From NCBI RefSeq assembly GCF_902713615.1, contig NC_052166.1:18227731-18291730 (forward strand): a DNA stretch of 64,000 nt, read 5' to 3'. The notes below the pieces were generated by a model, which saw only the letters and a list, made by a program, of their open reading frames with translations, made no database searches and was not told the DNA's origin. This stretch comes from Scyliorhinus canicula (lineage: Eukaryota). The position numbers were made by a program, and so were the translations under genes. Within the stretch, counting starts at the first letter, position 1. Each line of letters begins with the position of its first letter. Positions 24,920-35,800 of this stretch are shown piece by piece.

Positions 24920-26667
24920 CTGGTTTCAGCTTTGTTTTGGAGCTGCAGAGCTAAGCAGAATCCTTTTGAATCTCTCTCCCAGGAGGGGTGAAATTTTCTC
25001 TCAAGTTAAGTAAATAGGTCAGTTAGTGAGCATTCAAAGTGTGAAGGTAGGCCTGGGGAAGAGGAACTTTCCGGATTCCTCTCCCATTAAAGTTACTAGA
25101 CCACTTAGAAGGCCTCACAAAAATTATTGCTCTGATAATCTGTTTAACTGAGACAAGCTATTGTGAGTCTGCTGAAGCTGACCACATATCAGAAACTGAG
25201 TAGACCTGAAGTGCATCTTCCGAGGATAAGGCTCAGCCCAACATATGTTATGTCCCTAGAGGGGATTCCACAGCCTGAGGATCAGACCTGAGTGGCCCAG
25301 CTTGAAGATCCAAACCAACTGATGGTTCAATACCTTGCATTCCGAAGAGATCACCGCCTACAAAGACCACAACTTCAGCAGCAAAGATTCTCAAATCCAC
25401 ATAGCTCTTAATCCCTGTTATTTTTGAATGTTTCCTACCTCCCTTCAGCGTGTGTCTGTCTTGTGCGTGTCTGGGTGGAGAGTGGGACAGGGTTTTGGGA
25501 TTGGTTAGACTAGTAGACATTGTTCCATTATTTTTATTATATGTTCATCTTTTACTCTTGGTATAAATGAACAGTTTTTTAATGTTTTACTTTAAATGTA
25601 AATACATTTGTACGAAACAATGTACTATACATGATAAATGTCAGGACTCTGGGAAGCCCCGAGAATCAGAGGGATTTTGGTGCGCGGGTACACCGGTCCC
25701 TTAAGGTAGCAGAGCAGATGGATACAGTGGTTAGAAAGGCATATGGTATACTTGCCTTTATTAGCCGAGGCTCGGCGTTTAAGAGCAGGGAGGTTATGCT
25801 GAACTGTATAAAACACTGGTTTGGCCACAGCTAGAGTATTGTGTGCAGTTCTGAAATCCACATTATAGGAGAGATGTGATAGCACTGGAAAGGGCGCAGA
25901 TGGGATTTACCAGGATGTTGAAATGAATGAAATGAAAATCGCTTATTGTCACGAGTAGGCTTGAATGAAGTTACTGTGAAAAGCCCCTAGTCGCCACATT
26001 CCGGCGCCTGTTCGGGGAGGCTGGTACGGGAATTGAACCGTGCCGCTGGTCTGCCTTGGTCTGCCAGCGATTTAGCCCAGTGTGCTAAACCAGCCCCTGG
26101 TTGTCTGGGCTGATGGGTGTTAGTTATGAATAGAGATTGGATAGACTTAGATTGTTTTTCTTGGAGCAGAGGAGACTGAAGGGGGACATGATTGAAATGT
26201 ATAAAATTATGAGGGGCATAGATAGAGTAGACAGGAAGACTCTTTTCCCCTTGGTGGGGAGATCAATGACTGGGTGGCATAGCTTTAAGGTAAGGGGCAG
26301 GAGGTTTAGATGTGAGGTGGTGAGAATTTGGAATTCGCTGCTTGAAAGGGTGGGAAGGCAGAGGCCCTCATAACTTTTGAGAAGTATTTAGATGTGCACT
26401 TGTGATCCCAGGACATACAAGGAAAATGGGATTAGAATGGTTAGGTGGTTGTTTTTGACCGGCACAAGCCCAACGGGCTGAAGGGCCTTTTCTCTGCTGT
26501 ATGATTCTATGACTATATGACTCTAAATCTGGTGCCTCTAACTCATCGCAGCAGTCAAGAGTTGAAGATCTCAGGAAAATACACATATTATTGGTGAAAT
26601 TCACTTATGTTGGGACTCTGGGGTTTGTGGGGCTGGAATTGACCATGCACACGCCCAGGGTGTAACA
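24920..26667 (+). mobile_element. LTR-like element fragment (ends gggtgtaaca) interrupted by CR1 (about 25630-26520), which contains a SINE
   Basis: Terminus shared with 43185-43253 and 11180-11230. CR1 peptides QRDFGARVHRSLKVA..KAYGILAFISRG, LEQRRLKGDMIEMYKIMRG. Confidence 0.65.
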
Positions 26668-28893
26668 CTCAATTGATTTCTAGTTGGTCACTTTGAACTC
26701 TGGAATCAGCTACAGCACTGGAACCGAGTTCCTCACATGAGGACCAAGCTTGATGAACAATCAAAGGTTAGTATGTTTAGAGTTGAAAGCGTAGAGGGAG
26801 TTTTGGAACATCAAGGAGGCTGAGGTGTGGAAATCATTTCTGAAAGTGAGCCTGTGTGCTCGTATATCAGGATATTGACACGTGTTATGAATGCTCATAA
26901 CACGGTCAGCGATTGTGACTTTTCTCCGGTCGAGGGAGTGTGTGCTGTGCACTTACACATTTTACAAGAAGCACCATGTCACTCCTCAGGAGTATCCTGC
27001 CAAGTGAGACTGAATCGCCCAACTATGAGCTGTTTACCAACAAATAATCATCCTCCATGGGGAAGAGGAGGAAATGGAATCGATTTTGGGTCAAGACACC
27101 ATGGAGGCTACGGCTGGCACTGGAGTTTCAGCCCTTTGTGGCAGCTCCAGTAATTCAATAGCCAAGCTTGCACTGCTCCAGGGCATTGTCAGCATAAATT
27201 ATTAATGAAATCTCGAGGCTGAAACTCTTCCTACTCCACATGCATGCCAAAACTCCAAGGAGGTAGAGTGAACATGAATGGACGAGCCTCAGGAAATTGG
27301 CAAATTTCCTGCTCTGTTAATTGGCTAACTTAAGCTGGTTAAGGTCCAGTTTATTTGTCCAGTTCATTTGGCGGTTTCCAAACCATGGCTGAAATAATCT
27401 GCACCTAATATCTTGGCACATAAATTGCATATTGCTCACTGCGCTGGGTAAACAGAAACCTGACAAGTTGGAGCAGATAGCTCTGTCACTCGAAGCCGAA
27501 GCTCTTAAATGTGGCGATGGATTTTGGCACATGTGAGGCTCCAAGCGAACATGGGGCTGAATTTAACGTCAAGGGAGGTGTCATGTCCTGTCATTAATTG
27601 GATCGATGAAGAATTTCCATCCCATCAGAGAGGAAATCCCGCCTCTGTGAGCTGCCAGAAATACAAATGGTGCCACCAGCTGCAGTGGCCATGACTGGGA
27701 CTGCAACGAGCCCCAGAGGCAAGCGCGTTGCGATGGAGCCAAACTTCATGATGGGCCCGAGGTCTCAGCAGGTCCAGGTTGGAAAGCCCTGGTAAGGAGC
27801 CAGGGAGAATAGGGAAGGAGGGCGGGGGAAGGGAAACGTGCAAGTTGAGCCTCAGATTGGCACACTGATTCAAAATGGAGACCACCCCCTTGCGAGACCA
27901 CCCCCTTGCTGGCTGGACAGGTGGCACTGGCCTCACTCTGTTGTGGGTAAAATCCCAGTGGCTGTGAGAGGGTGCCCTTAAGCGGTTATTAATTGACCAA
28001 TGGGCAAATGGGCCTCTGGATGCCTTCCCCACCATTGATGAAATTGCATCCAGGGGGTGCAGGGGCAAGCCACACAATTCAGCCCAAGTTCATTTCACTG
28101 CCTGGCTGAGGTAGGATTTGTGTCAGAATACATGGCTGGATTTTATGGGATGTTGAGGTCCCCGCTCCACAGCCCCCAACCCCACAGCAAAAAGGTTGGA
28201 GGCGGGCCCACACCCACTCTGCACTCCGGTGGTTCGTCCCATAGGCAGTTAACACTCGGTACTCGGTGTGGTGATAAATTTAAGGCGAGAGTTCCAGCAG
28301 GAAGAGCTACCTTACAGCTGCCAGTCAATCAAATGTTGTGCAGCTCTCCAGGCCCAGCAGCTCCACTGGGAGCAGTGGCCACTGCCGGAACAACAGCAGT
28401 ACACCATGAAGCACCAGAGTGAAGAATAAGTGCGGGGGGGGGGTCAGGCTGGCAGACCAGGTGAGGGGGTAGAGATCAGGTGTTGTGGGGGTGAATGAAT
28501 GTGGTGCTGCCCACAAACCCATAAAGTGAATGATCGATTTGGGCAAGAAGAATAGAAAATAAACTCCACCACTAACTCACAGCTGCAGCAGTGTGTACCA
28601 TCTGCAAGATGCACAGCAGCATATTGCCAAGGCTCCTTCGACAGCATCTTCCAAAACCGCAACACCTACACCCTAGAAGGACAAAGGCAGCCGACTTGGA
28701 AGCATCACAACCTGAAAATTCACATACAGGACACACACTACCCTGACATGGAAATATATCGTCGTTCTTTCACTGTCGCTCGGTCAAAATCCTGGAATGC
28801 CCTCCCTGACAGCATTGTGGGCGAACCTACACCACATGGACTGGGCGGTTCAAGAAGGCGGCTCACCATCAGCAATGTTTCCACTAAGCTATG

Positions 28894-29179
28894 TGATGAG
28901 CCATCAATTGCACATGAGACGAGTTGCTGTACAAAAGTTAGGCTTTAATAAGCTAGAACTTAGCCCTGCAGTCGACTACAATAAATGGACAACCACCGGG
29001 CGTTCTGACTATTTATACCTCGGTATGGAGGTGTGGTTAACTCAGCCTCTCGACCAATCGGTGAGCTGTCACATGACTGGTCTCAACCAATCGGTCGAGA
29101 GGCACAAGACCGACCAGGGCCAATGGTAAGCCGGTGTTCTGCACCAATGGCAGACAGCTATGCAAATCATACCACCACA
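28894..29179 (-). mobile_element. Solo Gypsy LTR related to the 34115-38610 element
   Basis: TG...CA ends (tgatgagccatcaattgcac...accaccaca) similar to tgatgcacgatcaattgcac...tcaccaca; perfect 5-bp TSD ctatg at 28889-28893 and 29180-29184. Confidence 0.85.
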
Positions 29180-29784
29180 CTATGCAGGCGCGTGGTCACA
29201 CAGCAGTTTGGAATGTTCTGTAAAGGCCTCGCTTTGTGGCAACTAAAGCATGTATTCGGCTGTACAAAAAGAATTAAAGGAAATACACAATAAAATAAAT
29301 GGACCACGCACAACAATAATAATTTTAATTGGTGTCACAAGTAGGCTTACATTAACACTGCAATGAAGTTACTGTGAAAATCCCCTAGTCGCCACATTCC
29401 GGCGCCTGTTCGGGTACACTGAGGGAGAATTCTGAATGTTCAATTCACCTAACAAGCACGTCTTTCGGGAATTACGGGAGAAAACCGGAGCACCTGGAGG
29501 AAACCCATGCAGACACGGGGAGAACGTGCGGACTTCGCACCGACAGTAACTCAAGCCGGGAATCGAACCCGGGTCCCTGGCCCTGTGAAGCAGTAATGCT
29601 AACCACTGTGCTACCATGCCGCCCACAGCTAAACCTTAAAAGGGAACTATGACCACTAGGTCCTCAAGGGAAATTTGAGATGTAAAAAATGACAACACTG
29701 TAAAAACGGGAAATCTAGGAATACGCAACTCATCAGTCAGCACCCGAGAGACAAAGGGGTGCATTTTCCACATCTCCTGTAGCC

Positions 29785-30190
29785 TATTTCTCGGTGGTAG
29801 GACTCTGGATCTTCTGGTGGCAATCGGGAGGTTATGATTATGGGTGCCGATTGGCGGTTCGCAATCGGAGGTGGTGATCGTGTGGGGGGTGGTGATCGGG
29901 GGGGGGGGGGGGGGGGTTCGGCGATCGGGATGTTGCAATCGGGGGGGTGGCGATCGGGGGGTGGCGATCGGGGGTTGGCGATCGGGGGTTGGCGATCGGG
30001 GGTTGGCAATCGGGGGTTGGCGATCGGGGGTTGGCGATCGGGGATGGTGATCAGAGGGTGGTGATCAGGGGATGGTGATCAGGGGTGGCTAACGGGGGAT
30101 GGTGATCGGGGGATGGTGATCAGGGGGTGGCGATCAGGGGTGGCTAACGGGGGATGGTGATCGGGGGATGGTGTGATCGGGGGATGGTGT
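29785..30190 (+). repeat. G-rich GATC minisatellite block (ggtggcgatcgggg-like, 14-15 bp) with unique leader
   Basis: Directly visible; complementary copy at 30822-31285. Confidence 0.85.
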
Positions 30191-30821
30191 GACCGGTCAG
30201 ATACCTTTGCTCTCCCAGGTCCAAATTCAGCTGGGTCTGATGGGAAAACTGTCGGAGTGTGTCTGTTTTCTTTTTTTCATTCTTTCACGGATGTGGCTGG
30301 GCCAGCTGTCAATGACCATCCCTGGAGAAGGTGGTAGTGAGTTGCTGCTGGCCGTGTGCTGTAGCTGTACCCACTGTGCTGTTAGGGAGGGAGCTCCAGG
30401 ATTTTGACCCAGTGACAGTATATTTCCAAGTCAGGTTAATGCTTTGGAGCCTTGCATGAAACACCTTTGGTTAGACTCTGTGGTTTATGTCGGAACACAG
30501 GAGCAAGAGAAGGCCATTCAGCCCTTCGCCTGTTCTGTCATTCAATGAGATTCTGGCTGCTCTGCGAGCAAACTCCTTACACCCACCCTTGGCCTATATC
30601 GCTTCATACCTTTAAGTGACAATCTACCAACTTTAGATTTACAGTTTAGAATTAATCCAGCATCAACTGCCATTTGGATCTAACCTGGCTTTGTTCAATT
30701 CATTCATGGAATGTGGGTGTTGCTGGCTAGGCCAGCACTTATCGCCCATCTCTAACTGCCCTTGAGAAGGAAGTTGTGAGCTGCCTTCTTCAACCGTGGA
30801 TTCAATGGGAAATCCCATTGA

Positions 30822-31285
30822 CACCAGAAGATCCAGCATCCTACCACCGAGAAATCGCTACCCCCCGATTGCAACATCCCGATCGCCGAACCACCCCCGA
30901 TCACCACCCCCCACACGATCACCACCACCGATCGCCAACCGCCAATCGGCACCCATAATCATAACCTCCGATTGCCCCCCCCCCCGATCGCCACCCCTCC
31001 ATTGTCACCCCCTGATCGCCACCACTCGATCATAAACTTCTAAATCGCCACCCCCGATCGCCACCCACGATCGCTGCACACCCTTGATCAATACCCCCGA
31101 TCGCCGCACTCCCCCGATCACTACCCACGATCGCTGCACCCCCTTGATCACCATCCCCTGATCGCCGTCCCCCTGATCACTACCCCCATCGCCGGACTCC
31201 CCCGATCACCACCCCCTGATCGCCACCACCCCCAGATCGCCACTCCCTGGTCACCACCTCGTGATCACTACACATGATCACCAGA
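30822..31285 (-). repeat. C-rich inverted counterpart of 29785-30190
   Basis: caccagaagatccagcatcctaccaccgagaaat and ggcacccataatcataacctcc are reverse complements of segments in 29785-29850. Confidence 0.85.
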
Positions 31286-31375
31286 CATAATCACAGCATG
31301 ATATTACTCATTTAGAGCCTTATTGTAATCTGACTCTCAGTCACCGAGAGTTAATGGCTTGGACGCTCTACTTAC

Positions 31376-31595
31376 CGATGTGCACAACTGTCATTTCTGG
31401 AAGTTGGCTGAGCACACGCTTCTTAGTTGCGTCCTCGCCCATGATCGCCTCTGTTTGCAGATATTCAGCCACTTTGATCACTTCTTTCTGGGCTCCAATT
31501 AATGGGCCCCATGGCTTCCAAACTCTGCCCCATAAAGACAATGGTGAAGAGAAATATGGGCTTCCCACAACCAGGGCTTGAGATCTACAGAATAC
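31376..31595 (-). CDS. TPR-CHAT gene exon (VFCRSQALVVGSP...PLIGAQKEVIKVAEYLQTEAIMGEDATKKRVLSQLPEMTVVHI)
   Basis: Acceptor tttttctatccacAG, donor GTaagt, phase 0 to 1. ALVVG.P, L.GA..E and G..ATK..V are CHAT motifs. Confidence 0.9.
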
Positions 31596-32879
31596 CTGTG
31601 GATAGAAAAATCCTACTGTAAAAACTTTCATTGACATGAGCAGTGACATTCAGTGAATGCGTGAGGAATGAATATCTCCTGTTTGATAAATATGATACAT
31701 GCAGCTTCTATAAAGCAAAGAAATCCCGGCATTTCCAGGGTGCCAATCAGAACCCGAGGACAATAGGGACAATCTTCTCCAATCAGATCTATCATATCAT
31801 AGAATCCCTACAGTGCAGGAGGCGGCCATGTGGCCCAACGAGTCTACACTAACTCTCCGAAAGAGCCTTGGCCCACTCCCCACCCTATCCCCATAACCCT
31901 GCGCATTGATCATGGCCAATCCAGTAACCTGCACATATTTGGACTGTGGGAGGGAATGGAGCATCCGGAGGAAACCTACGCAGAAATGGGGAGAACGTGA
32001 AAATGCCACACAGTCAGTCACCCAAGGCCAAAATTGAACCCTGATCCCTGGGGCTGTGAGGCAGTAGTGTTATGGATTATTTTATGTCCATTTGACAAGA
32101 CTTGGTTTTGATGTCACATTCGACAGTACTGCAATGGAGTGCCAGTCTAGGTTTTGTGTTCAGTCACTGGAGCAGGGTTTTCTGACAGAGGACAGAGTGC
32201 TACCACTGAGTCGTAGTTGGCACTGAATTAAATAAAAACTGACATTGCCTTCATACCTCCATACAGTTTAACCAACATTTCCGTTCCTCTTCCTTGCCTT
32301 GGCTTTAAATTTCTTTATTCATTGGTTGACTTCACAATTTATTTCTAAGTATAAAACCCGAGACACATTCAACTCTATCAGTCAATTAAAAAAAATTTTT
32401 TTTTAAATAAATTTAGTGTACCCAATTAATTTTTTTAAATTAAGAGGCAATTTAGCATGGCCAATCCACCTACTCTGCACATCTTTGGGTTGTGGGTCAA
32501 AACCCACGGAAACACGGGGATAATGTGCAAACTCCACACGGACAGTGACCCAGAGCCGGGATCGAACCTGGGACCTCGGTGCCGTGAGGCTGCAGGGCTA
32601 ACCAACTGCGCCATCGTGCTGCCTCAGTCACTTTTATTTAGTGTTGTGTTGTTTTTTTCTCTCTTAAAGGTGCACCTCAGGGAAGATTTGCTGATGCAGA
32701 GGCAAGCTATCAGACTACACTTAGACAATCAGACACAGTCTTGTCGAGGACCAATCTGTCTGTTAACTTCATCATTTTCAGTTTAATCAGAACGAGGCAC
32801 TCATGGTTCTCCAAACAAAATGTCAGCAGCCTCATTCACGTCTCAGCAATGCCATGGCAGGGTTAATGCCCGTGGTTAG

Positions 32880-35800
32880 TGTGGTAGCACAGCCCTTTAA
32901 GGGGTGATCCTTCGCAGGCCACATGATCTGCCCACAGCCAATGGGGAGGGAGCACACAAACCTAAGCCTATCAGGTGCCAGGACACTGACCCGGGTAGTG
33001 GAGGATCTGCAGAGTAATTTCGGGAGTCGTGGGAACTAGTCCTGTGTTGGAGTTGTGGTAATACATCACTGTTGTGATTTAACATGTCGCATTACCTCAT
33101 GCTACAACATTGGAAACAAGAATAAATTATTCCAGTCGCAGGAAAATCGTCAAACATCTTCAGGCCGGGCGCAAAAACGGTAAAAGACTGCCAGCAGTCA
33201 AATAGCAATGCCACGATTCAGGAAAATTGGTCTATTTGATCTGGAGTTTGAAAGTTGGGGAATATGTCGAAAGACTTTGATGCTTTTTCCCTGCCAACAA
33301 AATCACGTCAGAAGACAAACAAAAAGTTATATTACTTAGTTTGCGGCCCACAAACATACAACCTCGTGCGAGGCCTATTGTCTCCTGAGGTTCCAGGCTC
33401 CAAGTCATTTGATCGATTGAAGCAAGGAGTGAGAGACCATGACACTCCCCACCCCGCCATTATTATGCAGTGCTATAAATTCCATTCAGCCATTGGAGGT
33501 CCTGGAGAAACTGTACCCGCTTTTGTCGCCAAATTCAGCAGATGTCAGAACATTGTGAATTTCATTCCTCTCTTAGTGATGTTACCTGACCTGTTGGTCT
33601 GCAGGATCAATGACAAAAGTATTGAGAAGTTGCTGGCAAAAAACGGATATCCCTAGACAAAGTGGTTGAATTGGTTCAAGCAACTGAAAGCACAGAGTTT
33701 TTGAATTGCAAGGCGTGCAACGTGAGGTAAAGGTGTAATGGTGGGAAGCGGAGGCCACTCGAAGTACCCAGAATGAGGGTGCAGCGGAGCCTGAGAAAAG
33801 GAAGAGTGACCGGGAGTCACTGGTTTCAGAGGCTTGTTAGCATTGTGGGGGAGACCATCCCCAAGACATGTAAACAAAAGGAATTAATCTGGTTTATATA
33901 TAATAGGAAAGACCATTATCAAGCCAGGTGCAGAATTAGACCCCAATTTGTCCCCAAAAACATCGGCAACTCAAGTGAACAAGTTTAAGGAAGATCCGGA
34001 AAAGAAGTCCGAAGACTACAAGCTCAATACAGAGGAATTAAGCAAAACACCGCCTTTTGAAATTGTCCTTATGGTTAATGGCCGCCCACTAAATATGGAA
34101 GTTGACACAGGTGTTGATGCACGATCAATTGCACGAAAGACTCAGATTGGTACAACTGTGGCTTTATTACAGTCAGATGCGTGGCCTCCTACTGCAGCTG
34201 GCGAAATGGCTGATCAGGAGGAGGTCACGCATATTTATACGGCTCCTTATGGGCGGAGCTAGCCGGCAGGGGCTACCAGCGAACCTGTAGTGCAGGTCCT
34301 ATGTTACATCCCCTAATACAGGTGCACACAATGGTTCACCACATTCACCCCCTGTTAAAAATGAGTCCGGAGGGGGTGGCGTAGAACTATATACAGTTTG
34401 GCAAATAATTTACAGTGGTGGTGGGGGGCGGGGGGTAAACGTCCATTCTGATAGTCCGGTGTCCGGTGCCCATCAGAGGTTAAGTCGATCCGGTGCTTTG
34501 ACGCTTCGCTGGGAGCGACGGAACAGCGGCGGCGATGTCGGTGCTGGCGGTGTTGGTGCTGGCCAGTAGTCGGATGACTCCGGGAGTGTGCCAAAGTCTT
34601 CCTCGTCCTCTTGCGTGGGCAGGGGAAGGAGGGATGGACCTGGTGGGGTTAATGTTGGGGGCGCCGGAGGAGGGGAGGGTGGCGCGTAGGTTGGGGAGTG
34701 TGTTGGAGTGGAACCTGAGGGAGCCAGGTCCTTGAGGGAGACAGTATCTTGGCAGGCGTCGGGGAACTCCACGTAGGCATACTGGGGGTTGGTGTGGAGC
34801 AAGTGTACCCTGTCCACCAAGGGGTCCGCCTTGGGAAGCCGGACATGACTACGTAGAAGGACTGGTCCTGGAGCTGCGAACCAAGTCGGGAGCGACACCC
34901 CGGATGTGGACTTTCTAGGGAAGGTAAAAACCCGTTCATGAGGTGTGCTATTTGTGGTGGTGCACAGCAGTGACCGGATGGAGTGTAGTGCATCAGGGAG
35001 GTCCTCCTGCCAGCGAGAGGCTGGGAGGTTCCTGGACCGTAGGGCCAGCTGGACGGCCCTCCATACCGTCCCGTTCTCCCTCTCTACCTGCCCGTTTCCC
35101 CGGGGGTTGTAGCTGGTCGTACTGCTGGAGGCGATACCCCTGCTGAGCAGGAATTGACGCAGCTAATCGCTCATGAATGAAGATCCCCTGTCACTGTGGA
35201 TGTAGGCGGGGAAACCGAACAGAGCGAAGATTGTGTTTAGGGCTTTGATGATGGTGGCAGACATCATATCGGGGCATGGGATGGCGAAGGGGAATCTGGA
35301 GTACTTGTCGACCACACTGAGGATGTACGTGTTCCGGTCAGTGGAAGGAAGGGGCCCTTTGAAATCCATGCTGAGGCGTTCAAAGGGGCGGGAGGCTTTC
35401 ACCAGGCGCGCGCGGTCTGGCCGGTAGAAGTGAGGCTTGCACTCTCTGCACAGACCTGGCAGTCTCTGGTGACTGTCCGTACGTCCTCGACGGAGTAGGG
35501 CAGATTGCGAGCTTTGTCGAGATGGTACAGTCGTGTGACCCCCGGGTGACAAAGGCTGTCGTGTAGGGCCCGGAGTCAGTCTACTTGTGCGCTGGCACAT
35601 GTACCTCGGGAAAGGGCGTCTGAGGGCTCGCTGGGGCGATACAAGATCTCGTAATTATAGGTGGAGAGCCCGATTCTCCACCACAAAATGTTATCGTTTT
35701 TGATCTTGCCCCGCTGCGTGTTGTTAAACATGAAGGCTACCGAGCGTTGGTCAGTGAGGAGAGTGAATCTCCTGCTGGCCAGGTAATGCCTCCAATGCCT

